64,000 nt of DNA. It comes from Octopus vulgaris. Its lineage: Eukaryota. The translations under genes and the position numbers were made by a program. Position 1 is the stretch's first letter. Each line of letters starts with the position of its first letter. The stretch covers positions 55,180,001 through 55,244,000 of the forward strand of contig OX597821.1 in NCBI GenBank assembly GCA_951406725.2. The letters run 5' to 3'. The notes beneath the pieces are model-generated. The model worked only from the letters and a program-made list of their open reading frames with translations, was not told the origin of the DNA and did no database searches. Shown here piece after piece: positions 27,899 through 42,344 of the stretch.

Positions 27899-28120
27899 CT
27901 TTGGTCGCGGTAATGCTTTGCTTTCGTTTGTTTAATAAAAATTCACCCTCTTCTAATGACTTTGCTTTAACTTTGTGATAGACAACTATCACGCAGAAGA
28001 TGCCAGCTTCTAAATCCTGTTTTCTGATAAGATGATGATGATTAAAATTTAAACTTCAGTCCCATTTTTCTGCAATAAATTTTATTAAAGAAACGAAAGC
28101 AAAGCATTCCACGGCCAAAG
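27899..28120. mobile_element. MITE/hairpin element with ~45-bp TIRs
   Basis: ctttggtcgcggtaatgctttgctttcgtttgtttaataaaa versus ttttattaaagaaacgaaagcaaagcattccacggccaaag. Confidence 0.7.
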
Positions 28121-28458
28121 TTGTTAGAAATTCTGAAGTTTTAATAAGTTATAATGGATAAAGTCGTGTGAAAAGGTCGAACAAGCGTGCAAATAATTCA
28201 AAAAGAACAAGATTGACAGGGAATATTTCCTGTTCAAGAGACCAATCTGTCGGAGAATGCATGGCCTGACATGAAATAGACAAACATTTATATAAGACAT
28301 TGTATTGTAAAAATTACCCGACAACGACGGTTTCATCTATGGAAAAAAATGTAAGACATTATCTATAGTTTTATTGTTGGTAAAGTTTTAATACGTCGGT
28401 AAAGTTTTAATAAATATTATAAAAGTTTCTGCGTTTGAATTTACAATTTTCAATGACC

Positions 28459-28615
<157 letters not shown>

Positions 28616-29865
28616 CACATGTATCTATCTCGTATATATGCAGACATTAACATGTGTATGATATATATGCGAATATATGTAATATTGACATATATCTGCT
28701 GGTAAATTTATAGAGGCATACATAGATATACGCGCACGTATTCCCATATTTACACATACATGCATCTATATGTGTGTGTATCTGCATATATGCATATATA
28801 CATACATATAAGCACACGCGTGCTCTTATGTAAATACACACAATCACACACTTGTACAATTTTGAACAAATGCACCTAAAAAAATGCGTTTACACACACA
28901 CACAGAGACACACACACACACAGAGACACACACACACACTCACAAATATGAGAAACGACGTATATTTGCACACATGCACACACACGCATAGTTTGAAATA
29001 TCATTCAACACTACTCTATCTGATATTGATACTGTTATTTTCATATTCCACGTTATGAGTATTACCATTCGTGTTGTTTTCATCGTTGTTGCAGTATTTG
29101 TTGTTGCTGGAGGGAGCTGAATTCATCTTCTTGTCATTGTTGTCATTTGTAATATTGCAGCTTCAGGATCTGTGCTATTACTACTATATGCTGCAATATC
29201 TGTGTGCGCTGTAGTTTTTCATGTTTGCTGCTAATGTTGTTGAGAAAAGATCATCCTTATAACGATTGATTTAGCTGATCTAAATTATGAAGATAAACAG
29301 ATTATATTATTACTCAACAAATCTATTGGCAACAGCCATGTTGAAAATAACAATAATAATAAAAAAAATACTACGTCTAAGCGTACAGATACACCTTCAA
29401 GGAACTTTCATAATGACATTTATAAGTTTGTATGTGTGAGTGTGTGTGTGTGTGTGTGTGTGCGTGCGTGCGCGCGTGTGGGTTTGTGCGTGCGTGTATG
29501 AGTGTGTGTGGGTGTGTGTGCGTATAGGTGCGCGCGTACGCTCGTTGATGGGATGTAAGGTAGTCTGAATAGAGAACATCTATTCAGACAAAAATGAAAT
29601 AGTGTATTAAGTTAAAAGCGCACTTTCCAGAACTTTCCATAGTATCATTATGTATGTTTGTTTATACTTGTGCAAACGTATATATACATGCGTGTATATA
29701 TATATATATAGACAGATATATAGATAGATAGATATATAGAGAGAGATAGGTAGATAGATAGGTAGATAGAGATAGATATATTGATAGATGTATTTACATA
29801 TATATATATACATATATACATACATACATACACTCACACACACACAAACATATATGTATGTATAC

Positions 29866-29930
<65 letters not shown>

Positions 29931-31511
29931 ATATGTATGTATGTATTATTAGATAATAAATTGTATGGTATACACCAGGTAGTTTGCCGGTAAAATACGT
30001 TCACTGTCTCAGTGTTCGCTGAGAATTTTGCTAATAACTCAGATGGAACACAGAATATCGAAGGTGGAAGACACGAGAATATTTATTTGATCACTACAAC
30101 AATTATTTCCACCCACCTAGCATTGATCGCTCGCGAGTGGGATGCTGAACATTTGTCTAAGGTATATCCTTCGGTGTAGATGTTTTCTTCATGTGATTTC
30201 AAGCGGTATCTCGTCAAAATGAACCCTGTTTTGCAAGATTTCTTCTAGGTTTTCGTATATATAAATGGCAAATTAAGGTATACAGGTTAGTACTTATAGA
30301 AGAACCTAAATAAACATCAGATACAAAAGAAAAAATTAAATACACAATAAAGCGGAAAATATATTAAATATATCGTTAGTAGATATGGCTGTACAAATGC
30401 CCACACAGTTAGTCTGGTGCACGTGCACTCGCTCATACAAACGCACGCGCACATACGATTGCACTGAGAATTAAGTAGATGTCAACAAAATCAGTGTCTA
30501 TCGCTGGTTATTGATACTCCATTAGGAAGACTGAAAAACAACTGGCTAACATGTAGATGTCTGTTTAAAATCTTCAGCTTTAATTCCACCAAATCCATAT
30601 TAAAATATTGAAGATAACCACAGCTCATATGTTTATGGAAGGATGTACATTTAGTTATCAATGAGCGTTTACATGTATGCATATAAATAGCACGGTTAGA
30701 AACTGTACGACACAACCATAAATAATTTAAAGTAATAAAGCCAAAAGCAACGGCGCATCTTTTTATAAACACCCAGTTCAAATTTTTTAGATAAGGCTTC
30801 TAACATCAACACTGAATATATACCTTCTCTGGCCTATTTTCCGTTACAAATTGAGCCGCGATTTCCTAAGACATTTTTATATGAACACTAAAAATCAGAA
30901 TATCTAATAATGAATGTTAGTTAATGATGAAATATCTTCGACCAACAGAAATTGTAACCTGAATATGACACATCCCCCGCATGAGCATCTCTGTATGTTT
31001 ACACTTAAAAGTGTTTTAAATATATACGTGAGAGAACCCAAACAATTAGAAACTTCCTTTACAAAATCGGAATAACTGTTTCTACCATCGCTTCCTTTTC
31101 AACCACATTTCAAAAGCATATACTTTCCTTGTTTCCGTCCTCATTCTCCTTTTACATTCACTTTTTTGTCTGTAATAAAATTTATATCACACCTAGTTTT
31201 CTTTAACATTGCTCTGTTCATGAAAGAACTTCCTGCCAAAAGACTACATATAAGCTTGAAATTCAAACTAAACCAAAGTTTGTTGGCAGCTAGAAGGCGA
31301 AACTGTGAAGTTTTCGTTAAAGTATTCCTTGTAAAAATTAAGAAATAGGTAGATAGATGAAGACACACACACACACACACACACACTGACACACACACAG
31401 ACACACACACACACACACACACATACACACATACACACACACATACACACCCACGCATTTGTGTGTGTGAGAAGGATACAGACAGACATATGGACAGACA
31501 GACAGACAGAC

Positions 31512-31578
<67 letters not shown>

Positions 31579-31625
31579 GTGTCTGGCTTTATTACTCTCC
31601 TTGTTTTCATCTAGGCATTCAAACC

Positions 31626-32045
31626 AGGTGTGGCTGCGTAGTAAAAAGTTTGCTTCCGAACCACATGGTTTCAGTTTCAGCCCCACTCCGTGATACGTTG
31701 GACAGGTCTCTTCTACCACAGACTAGAGTCGTCCAAAACCTTGTGAGAGGATCTGGTAGACGGAAACTGAAAGAAACCCGTCGTATATAAGTGTGTGTGT
31801 GTGTGTGTGCATCCGTTTCTCTGTGTCTGTGTGTGGGGCGTTTGTTTTGCCGTATGTATATGGCCTCCCACCAACGTTTAACAACCGATATTGGTGTGTT
31901 TAAAAAAACAGAAACCAATAGAATAAGTATCAGGTTGTACAAAAAAGTACTTGGGTCGATTAGTTCGACTAAAATTCAAGGTGGTGCCCTAGCATGGCCG
32001 CAGTCTAATGCCGGAAACAAGAAAAAGATAAAAGAGAAAAGATAA
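31626..32045 (+). mobile_element. tRNA-derived SINE family 1
   Basis: Box A tggctgcgtag, body and 3' end match 58438-58860. Confidence 0.85.
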
Positions 32046-35000
32046 ATCACAAGAAACCCGTTAAGAAATTCTTTACATATGAAATATTCTGAAGATATAG
32101 AAAATTATGTGGTAGTGATTGTATTCTCCCTTTCATATGGAACGTTCTTTCATCGTATTTCTTTCGTTCTCTCACTTTAATCTCTCTTATGAAACTTCAT
32201 AATTTTATATATGAAGATTCATCCAGCTTCTCCAAAGACTTATTTCACTTTGATGTCAGTAATTGTATTTGTTAGAGACAATTCCACTTTCAGGATACTG
32301 ATGAGGAAAGAAGATAAAATCGACAGCAATAGAAGAGTAGAAGATTTTCTGAATGTTGGATTTGAACGTAGTCATTGTCACTAACACGAGGAATAAAGAA
32401 AACTTTGTGCGATCGACAAAGGTTCTAGATCGATAAAGAGTATAGTATATCATTCTAACCACAGTCCTAGCGCATAAGGAAAATATTGGAGAACATAGTA
32501 GTTCATAGCCAGTGCCTCAACAAAAGAAGGGATGGTCACGAATTGATAACCTTTGAGCGCAAGTTTTCTCTGTGAGAACTGAACTGTACAACTACAGCAA
32601 CATGCAAATTTGTAGATAAAGCTCCGATTTCTTTTAAATGAAACCAAAAGACACGAAAATATTTATATTACTATGTATAAAATTTTAATTATACAGTAGA
32701 AGCAGCTCAATATTAAAAGCTGGATCAATACAACATATTTAATGTAGAAGCTGTGGTGCTATCCTAAAAGGAGAATATCCTTCGTAGTTAAGTGAAACGA
32801 AATCACCCCTGAAGTGACTGTGAGAGCTACAGATAAGTATTTTGCAGCAATGGCTTTATAATATCACACTCTGAAACGAAATCAAATCAGCTACTCTGAA
32901 GTATTTAGAAATAGCGTTTAAACTATACGCTAGTATTCAATGACCCTTTGAAAATGATACTATCTAAGTTTTCAGAGAGTTATCTATGCCAAAGGTGTGA
33001 GACCAGGATTGAATAATACCCGCCTACTTCATCTTCTCAACGAATGTTTCGGTTAAATCTGCTGACCTAAGTGGTTATGTTCGAGGAAGACGAAATGAAA
33101 GCAATTGAAATAAGCAGGACTACTCGCGTAAGTCCATGTTGACGACAGAATACGTATACATATATATATGAGAATGTGTGATCAAACGATCGTGTGTGTG
33201 TACGCCCGCGCGTGTTGTGAATACACACAGATAAGCACATACTTATGTATAGATGCGGATTTAAATGAAACTGCAAAATGAAAACACTTCAGTACTTTAA
33301 GTTACTTCTATTCATCTCTTTATTCCTTCAAATCCTCAACGCTACCTTGTTTTATTTGACTATTGAAGTCAAGTATTTCAGGATAGCTTCTCGTTTATTC
33401 AATACTTCTTATATCAATGTTATTGTCATTTTACCACATTCTTATCTCTTTTCTAATGTTTTTATGGTTTTCCAAATTCTAGTGCTTATTTCAATAAAGT
33501 CAAATATTTGCTGAGCTACTGATTCGTCTATTATATGCGAATTTGTACTTATAGAATTCATAATAATATTACAGAATATGGAACTGAAAAGCAATGGTTT
33601 TATTCCAGCTAGCATATTTCACAAACCGTAATCCATATTAATCTAAAAGCTGAGAGGGTCTATTATTCAAGGAAGTAATAACCAATGAAATACGACTGAA
33701 CGAAGTAAAGTACTAGACAGTATTAGAGACAAATAAAGACACATACGCATAAACATAAATATATATATAATCTATTCACAAAGACAATAAGGCATTCTTG
33801 CGAGGAGATATTTGTCGTTTTCTCACTGTATGCTAACTTATCCTACTTGGTAACATTTCTACAATATCCATCTACAATGTATTTTCACATATAGAAATGT
33901 ATGCCGCTACACACTTCGTACTCCAGCTTTGGATATAATAAATGGAAATGATTTAATATTAAATGAAAAACATGTAGAGTAGTGTATTTTTGATGTCAAA
34001 ATAAATACATGACAGGCTACTAGGGAATCAATTATTAAGAAGTTCTATATCTGAAAATTCTCCTGAGATATGAAAAATATTTCAAAAAATATCTATACAA
34101 AATCCTTTCGTTTTCGTTCAGACGAACGACACTTAGTGGAGATCTGTTATTTCGCATATGATGTTCGAAAAAAGATATACCTTTTAATGTAACTTTTCTA
34201 GTGTTTGGGCCTTTAGACGACTTTTCTATGGATGGTGTATGACTATACATCTTTTGTTTAAAATTCCTTTCTCCCGTGGTTATGTAACTTTCGCGGATAA
34301 GTTTTAATGTGTACTTTAGCAATGTGACCTCAGATTCATAAATTATGGTTTCTGCATGATAGGCTTTATATTGTGAACATGTATTTGAAATCCTATATCA
34401 TCACTACAGTACATAAGCGTGGTTATATATTTTTGTTGCCAACGTGCAAATGTAGTTTATTTTAAATTCGTGTCTGTCAAAATAAAACTTCTACATATAT
34501 GGTTAGAAATTCTCTTTAGGTCGTCTTCAGACGAATATACTTGCGGTATATTTGGCTACCCCATTTTCCCATACATCCTACAAACTCGTTAGCAAATGAA
34601 CGCATGGCTCTTGGTTGATAAGGTTTACGCAATATGCAGTGGGTTAAAGGACAAAATAAACTGACTTCAAATCGTTGAACTATTTTAAAGCAATCCATTA
34701 TCAAATTGTAGAGATAATCATTTTTGAATTAAAGTCTTTCTTTATCTATTCGTCAAGTGATTATCACTAAATCTGCGCCAACATTATATAATCGACATTA
34801 TATATAAATTGTTAGCCGTATACTTACTGCTATGCAGCTCTGATTATCTTTGAGTAATAAAACCATTTTTTTGCTCAGTAACATTTACATTGTCAGAAAT
34901 AAGCATCGACATAACCAAACATCTATCCATCAATTACCCATCTATCAAAGCTTCCTGTTTGAATTAGGAGGGGAATAAGTTGATAAAACATTTATTAGAA

Positions 35001-35156
35001 TTCTCCTCTGCATATACTACATTTTGGTAAGTTTCCAGTCCAAAGCATGAAAATAAACAAAAAAAAAACATGAATATATAAGTACAGTCATGCAAAGTTA
35101 AACAATAGAGCACACATACCTGCTCTCATGGTACAGTCAATGGCATGATAAACACG

Positions 35157-35233
<77 letters not shown>

Positions 35234-35237
35234 ATAT

Positions 35238-35465
35238 CTTTTACTTTTATCTTTTACTTGTTTCAGTCATTTGACTGCGACCATGCTGGAGCACCGCCTT
35301 TAGTCGAGCAAATCGACCCCGGGACTTATTCTTTGTAAGCCCAGTACTTATTCTATCGGTCTCTTTTTGCCGAACCGCTAAGTGACGGAGACGTAAACAC
35401 ACCAGCACCGGTTGTCAAGCAATGCTAGGGGGACAAACACAGGCACACAAACACACACACATACA

Positions 35466-35503
<38 letters not shown>

Positions 35504-35653
35504 TACGACAAGCTGCTTTCAGTTTCCGTCTACCAAATCCACTCACAAGGCATGGGTCGGCCCGGAGCTATAGCAGATGACACTTGCCGAAGATGACACG
35601 CAGTGGGACTGAACCCGGAACAACCTGGTTGGTAAGCAAGCTACTTACCACAC
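35238..35653 (-). mobile_element. tRNA-derived SINE family 1 (well-preserved copy)
   Basis: Clean reverse match including gggactgaacccggaac (box B) and an internal (TA)n/(CA)n tract. Confidence 0.9.
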
Positions 35654-35967
35654 ATGTATGTATACACAATACACACACACATATATAATCACGTAAACTT
35701 ATACAAACGCATACACACATACATATACACCAATAGGTACAGCTTTATAAATTCCTTATAAATTTTTAGTTCGTTATGATATGTGGTTTCCACTTTATGA
35801 ATGCTTGAAGTATTCCTCAACATATGAAACTATTAGTTGCATATTAAAACATGTACTGTGTCTATAAAATAACATTTACCTCTTACCAGATGGAAAACGT
35901 TTCGTGTTGATCTTACCATATCACTGAACAGTACATTATATATATATATATATATATATACATATGA

Positions 35968-36213
35968 AGGCTCGTGGCCTAGTTGTCAGGCTCTTGCACT
36001 CACGATCTGCCGATCGTGAGTTCGATTCTGTGATTGGGCGGCACGTTATGCTCTTGAGCAAAACACTTCATTTCACGTTGCTCCAGTCCTTCTGTTAATG
36101 GGGAATGCTAACCTACTAAAATGGCCAGTTGTGTGGCGTCATTTGAAAGCTAAATCACTGCAAAAGCGCATTGTGACAAGCTACGTGACCTGGTCTGCCA
36201 AGTGATCACGTGA
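35968..36213 (+). mobile_element. tRNA-derived SINE (family 2-related)
   Basis: Box A TGGCCTAGTTG and box B GAGTTCGATTC; 3' gtggcgtcatttgaaagctaaa..gcgcattgtgac..gtgatcacgtga shared with 47198-47490. Confidence 0.8.
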
Positions 36214-36446
36214 TATATATATATATACATATACATGCATACATACATATAATGCGGGTGATGAATCAAACATCATGTATATAGGCATGGATAACATTAA
36301 TATAGTCCTGCCTAGTAAGTATGTAATGCATATTACACAATAGTCTCTGCAACCCGTGTCACGCTGAATGTTACAAATTTGACCCATTGAAAACGTATAA
36401 AACCGAGTTGCTCCTAAGTATAATATACGGCATGAATACACACACG

Positions 36447-36477
<31 letters not shown>

Positions 36478-36479
36478 GT

Positions 36480-36820
36480 AGGCGCAGGCGTAGCCGGTTC
36501 CGGTTTATGCCTCACCGTGTGGCGCCTTGGGTAAGTGTCGTCTACTATGTCTTCTACTATGGACCACACACACACATATATATATATGTGTGTGTGTATG
36601 TAATAGTGTGTGTGTGTGATTGTGTGACCACCCCATCATCATTTGACATCCGATGTCGGTGTGTTAACGCCAATGTAACTTAGCGGTTCAGCATAAGAAA
36701 GCGATAGAATAAGTAGAAAACCTACAAAGATCAAGTACTAGGGTCGATTTCTTTGCCTAAACCCCCTTAAGGTGGTGCCCCAGCATGGCCACATTCGAAT
36801 GAATGAAACCAGTATAAACA
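36480..36820 (+). mobile_element. tRNA-derived SINE family 1 (internally deleted)
   Basis: ggcgccttgggtaagtgtc, aacttagcggttc, ggtggtgccccagcatggcc. Confidence 0.75.
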
Positions 36821-36884
36821 TAAGAGAATATATATATGTTAGTGTGTGTGTATGTGCGCGTGTGTGTATGTGTGTGCATGTGTC

Positions 36885-36887
<3 letters not shown>

Positions 36888-36965
<78 letters not shown>
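36888..36965. repeat. (GA)n microsatellite
   Basis: Perfect dinucleotide run. Confidence 0.97.
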
Positions 36966-36969
<4 letters not shown>

Positions 36970-37009
36970 ATACCATACAGATATAAAGTATTGTATTCAA
37001 AACTTTATT

Positions 37010-37078
37010 GAACATACGTGTTTCGTTAAATTACCGTCATAATTGCGTAACAATCTGGAAAAAACGTCTTCAGTGTTC
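37010..37078 (-). ncRNA. Hammerhead ribozyme motif, canonical core
   Basis: Minus strand: GAACA-CTGAAGA-c-GTT-(~35 nt)-AAC-GAAA-CACG-TA-TGTTC-AATAAA. Confidence 0.75.
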
Positions 37079-37664
37079 CACGATAATACAATGACAGATG
37101 TTAAAGGCTCAAACTCACAAGAGTAAACAAGAGAGACAGAGACAGGCAGAAACAAGGAAAATGCCACTGTATTTGAACAGTATACAAATATCCTTTAAAC
37201 AAACTTTTCTTTTAATTTTCTAAATTTAATTATTTAATTGTTACGGTTGAAAAAGTCTCAATGACTAAAACGGGTACTGAAATGTTCTTTATAAAATTAT
37301 TTTAGCATTTTCTATCTTGACTTGTTTTTCCATATATATATATATATCTTATATCTATTACGGTTATGCAAATTACCAATAACCTCGCCAGTCGCTCTAT
37401 ATTTTAGGAGACAAAAGAAAACCGACGATATATAACCGAAGACGCATATCTCAAATCCAAGCAGATACAACCGAGAAAGAAAAAAAACAGTAATAACAAC
37501 AATAGGGACAATGATAGAACCGGAAGCAGAAATTTAGTTGGAGATATAGGTCTCAAACAAGTGTTTAACAGCCAGAGGTTGGTTTATTGCCAAGTTATAT
37601 GTTAAAGGCATACACATACGTATAAATATACACGTACACGCAATATACACACATACATACATAA

Positions 37665-38670
37665 ATGTTAGACAGTGCTATAGCTCCAAACAAAAGAGGG
37701 ACTCATGAAAACCAAAGCCATCCCCATTAGAAAAGGAATATTCCAGGGAGACACGGTCTCTCCACTCCTTTTCTGCTTGGCACTGACACGTGATATCATA
37801 TAACTGGATGCGGATACAAATGTTACGGCAAAACAATCAGCCACCTCTTATACATGGATGAACTAAAATTATACGCTAGAAATGATAAACAGCTAGAAAC
37901 ACTATTACATACAGTACATGAATTTACTAAAGAAATAGATATGAAATGTGGCTTAGAAAAATGTGCCAAAGCAACCTTGAAAAGAGGAAAACTAGTTAAG
38001 AGTAGCAACATCACAATAGATAAAGCCAATGAAATAAAAGAATTAGACTAATGCCAGACATACAAATATTTAGGAATCAATGAGCTAGATACGATACAAC
38101 ACACACAAATGAAAGAGAAAATAAAGAAAGAATACTATAGACGATTTAGATTAATACTGAAAACAGAGCTCAATGCTAAAAACAGGTATTAACACTTTAA
38201 CCTTCCTAGTTATAAATTACAGTTAAAATATCCTTAACTGGACACTAAATGAACTAACCAAAATAGACAGGAAAACAAGAAAAATAATGACAGGCTCTAG
38301 GATGCACCACACAAAATCTGGCATAGAAAGGCTATATATACAACGTATAGAAGTTGGTAGAGGCCTTATATAGCTGGAAAACTAATACAATCAGCCACAA
38401 AACACGAACAAAAAAAAAACTGTTTTCAGTATTTAAGGAAGCTGACAAATACAAACAAGTGATACAACCTATCAAATGTGAAGAAGAAGAATAAGAAGAA
38501 ACAACAAAGGCTACATAACAAGTGAAATCCAAACTAAAACTAGGACTGCAACGGACGTTGATAAAACGATAACAAGAAAAGTCCCTTCGTGGCAAAAAAT
38601 GGGCTAAACTAAATGTAAAAGAAATAGACAGAGAAAAGTCACAGCAATGGTTGAGAAGCTCAGGACTCAC
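37665..38670 (+). mobile_element. Degenerate R4/Dong RT fragment
   Basis: PIRKGIFQGDTVSPLLFCLAL, ISHLLYMDELKLY, YKYLGI. Diverged copy of 39610-40690 in the opposite orientation, with stops and frameshifts. Confidence 0.9.
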
Positions 38671-38840
38671 GTTTAAACCCATTTTGCTCATTAGGGAAGA
38701 TGCCACATTGTATTAAAAAGCTATAGGTTGTACTGCATTGTTGTTAAACTGGTCGTGGGTCTATAATTTTTTCGTTCATTTGTTTCTTCATGTTTTGGAA
38801 GTAAAAAGGTAACACCTTTAAATCTATTATTATTATTATT

Positions 38841-41800
38841 CAGTAGTTTTATTTTTATTTTTATAGCGTGCTTTCACTTCACTACCGAGCGCAGCTCTGT
38901 GTGCCTTGGGTATGTGCTGTGATTTGTTGTGATGCTCTGATGGTTATTGTATTGAAAGTGTTCTGCGTAGGATGTGGGCAGTGCCTAGTAGTGCAATTTT
39001 CTGTATGTTATATGTGTTTGTAAGTCCTGGTGTTTTTGTTATGTATTTGTCTGAATATTTTTTTATCATGCCTAATGCACCTACTATGATAGGAATTGTT
39101 TCTGTTTTCAGATTCCACATTCTAGTTACCTCTATTTCCAAGTCTTTGTATTTTGAGAGTTTCTCCATTTCTTTTAGAGACACGTTGTCATCTGCCGGTA
39201 TTGATACATCAATTAAAAAGCATTTTTTTCTTCATGATCTCTGACAACTATATCTGGTCTGTTGGCCTTAATTTCTCTATCTGTGTGTATCGGCATATCC
39301 CAGAGTATGGTTGCTTTCTCGTTTTCTGTGACCTTTTCTGGTGTGTGCCTATACCATCTTTTTTCTGTTGTTATTCCATAATGTTGGCATAGCTTCCAAT
39401 GTATGTAGGTTCCAACTCTGTCATGTCTGTGAATATATTCCTTCTTAGCCAGGACTGGGCAGCTAGAGATAATATGATTTATTGTTTCTTGTCCATCTCC
39501 ACATATTCTGCAGTTACTTGTAATATTTCTTTTTCATTACATGTTTTTGGTAATTTCTGGTGGGGAGGCTTTGGTCTTGTGCTGCAATTAAAAATCCCTC
39601 TGTTTCTGCTTTGAGTCCTGAGCTTCTCAACCATTGCTGGGATTTTTCTTTGTCTATTTCTTTTGCGTTTAGTTTAGTGCAGTATTTACCATGAAGGGGT
39701 TTTTCTTGCCATCGTTTTATCATGGTTCGTTGCTGTTCTGTTTTTAGTTTGGATTTCATTTGTTTTATAGCTTTTGTTGTTTCTTCATCTTCTTCTTCTT
39801 CATGTTTATTAGGTGGTATGATTTCTTGTTTGTATTTGTCAGCTTCCTTAAATACTGAGAACAGTTTTTTGTTTTGCTCGTGTTTTGCCGCTATCTGGAT
39901 CAGTTTTCCTTCCTTCTGAAGTAGATATTTTTGCAGTCCCATGGTGGTTATTTTATAGTAGTTTTCCAGCTGTATAAGGCCTCTACCACCTTCTATACGT
40001 TGTATATATAGTCTTTCTATGTCAGATTTTGGGTGATGCATCCTAGATCCTGTCATTATTTTTCTTGTTTTCCTATCTATTTTGGTCAGTTCATTTCGTG
40101 TCCAGTTAAGGATATTGTAGCTGTAACTTATAACTGGGACAGCTAAAGTGTTGATACCTATTATCTTGTTTTTAGCATTGAGCTCTGTGTTTAGTATTGA
40201 TCTAACTCGTCTATAATATTCTTTTTTTATTTTCTCTTTCATTTGTGTGTGTTGTGTCTTATCTAGTTCATGGATTCCTAAGTATTTGTAAGTTTGGCTT
40301 TGGTCTAATTCTTTTATTTCATTGGTTTTATCTAGTGTGATGTTGTTACTCTTAACTAGTTTTCCTCTTTTCATGGTTACTTTGGCGCATTTTTCTAATC
40401 CAAATTTCATATCTATTTCTTTGGTAAATCCATGAACTGTCTTTAATAGTGTTTCCAGCTGTTTGTCATTTGCAGCGTATAGTTTTAGGTCATCCATATA
40501 TAAAAGGTGGCTGATCTTTTTGCCGTAACATTTATATCCGCATCCAGTTCTATTTAGCATATCAGATAGAGGTGACAGTGCCAAGCAGAAAAGGAGTGGA
40601 GAGAGCGTGTCTCCCTGGAATATTCCTCTTCTAATGGGGATGTCTTTGGTTTTCATGAGTCCCTCTTTTGTTTGGAGGTGTAGGACTGTTTGCCATTTAT
40701 TCATAGAGTGCTCTATGAATTTTATGATTGTTGGTGCTACTTTGTTAATGGCTAGTGTTTCGAGGATCCATGTGTGGGGGATGCTATCAAACGCCTTTTT
40801 GTAGTCAATCCAGGCCATACTGAGGCCTTTCTTCTTTCTGTGGCTGTCTTCAGTTATGGCTTTATTAATCATTAGTTGATCTTTACAGCCATATGAGCCT
40901 TTGCGGCATCCTTTCTGTTCTTCTGGGAACAGTTTGTTTTCGTCCAGGTGCTTGTTCAGCCTTTGTGATATCACTGCAGTAAATGCCTTGAACACAGTAG
41001 GGAGGCAGGTTATTGGTCTGTAGTTTTCTGGTTTTTCTGTTTCATTTGATTTGGGAATTAAGATGGTTTTCCCCTTCGTGAGCCATTCAGGCATTGTCTC
41101 TGGCTCTGCTAGTACGTTGTTAAAGTTTTCAGCCAGCTTTTTGTGCATTCCTGTTAGATATTTCAACCAGAAGTTGGGGATCTTGTCATGCCCAGGTGCC
41201 TTCCAGTTGCTTAGTCTTTGCAGTGCCTGGGTGACCTCTTCAGTTGTTATGGGGGTCCAAAGTTGTTCAGATGCCGAGTTTGTAATTTTGATACTCCTTT
41301 TTTTTGGTGGTTCGTTCGCCGACCATATCTCTCTCCAGAATTCTTCCAATTCTTCTGCCGTTGGTGCTGCAGTGACTTCTATTTTATTTTTGCCCAGTTC
41401 TTGGTAGAACTTTTTGGGGTTGGAGCTGAACTTTTTGTTTTCTTCAAAGAAGCGTTGGCGTTTCTTGTACCGGCGGATCCTTTGTGCTTTGGCAAGGATA
41501 TCTTGCTTCAGCTTTTCTTTTATTTCAGGCAAATCTTTCTCTGTCATGTTATATTTGCGGAGTATTTTTGTTCTCTTTTTGTTGCTCAGTAGCGTTGATT
41601 CTTTGCTGATTTCATTAAGAATCGACAGGTCTTTTCTAATTTTTTTTATTTTGCTTTGGATGTTATTTATCCACAGGGTTTGTTTGGGTGGTGGTACTCC
41701 TGTTTGGGCGGGTTTGGGTGAGTATCCAGCTTCTTTTGTGGCTGCAGTGGCTGCTGTGTATATTAGGTTATTTAGCTCAGTGATATCACTTTTTTTTGAT

Positions 41801-42122
41801 TCAGTGGCTATCAGTTCAGTGACGGCTAGGTTTATGCTGTTTATAATAGGTGTTGTTATTTCGTTTATTTTGATTCTTGGGAGGTATGGTCGGTGGTACA
41901 TTTTGAGCTCTGTGGTTTTCAGTTCTTTGATTATTTTATTTTTTATATTATCATATTCATTAGGCTCCCCTTCGTTGTTTACATCGTGTTTGTTGGGAAT
42001 GTTGCGTTTGTCTTCGTGTTTTACAGTTTCAGTGTTTATATTATTGGGCATTGTTGTGTGGCTTCTATCTACATTTTCCTGGTGTATGTTTTCTTTTAGA
42101 TGTTCTATTTCTATTTCTGATA
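38841..42122 (-). mobile_element. R4/Dong-clade non-LTR retrotransposon (RT plus restriction-like endonuclease), 5'-truncated, inserted in (TAA)n
   Basis: 845-aa RT ORF plus RLE C-terminus. The 3' end aactactg|AATAATAA is at 38841 and the 5' junction runs into a long (TAA)n. Confidence 0.93.
38944..42051 (-). CDS. Dong/R4 RT-RLE polyprotein, one +1 frameshift at ~39530
   Basis: KAPGHDKI, YRPITCL, AWIDYKKAFDS, GIFQGDTLSP, YMDDLK. After the shift: CRICGDGQETINHIISSC, RHD, NRPDIV, IDVSIP, EKLSKY. Confidence 0.9.
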
Positions 42123-42192
<70 letters not shown>

Positions 42193-42193
42193 A

Positions 42194-42241
<48 letters not shown>

Positions 42242-42242
42242 G

Positions 42243-42304
<62 letters not shown>
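42123..42304. repeat. (TTA)n microsatellite
   Basis: Long near-perfect run flanking the Dong element. Confidence 0.97.
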
Positions 42305-42344
42305 GTTCATATACACGCAACAGATTTGACTGTTGGAAAAGAAA

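Noticed and set aside
32085-32380. CTGAAGA and CTGATGA heptamers (also at 5446, 6762, 11892, 25046, 34524)
   Set aside because: They lack a consistent stem I or stem II plus GAAA, and are expected by chance.
41051-42193. Plus-strand ORFs up to 259 aa (also 49653-50357 and 950-1333)
   Set aside because: Antisense shadows of retroelement ORFs with no independent motifs.
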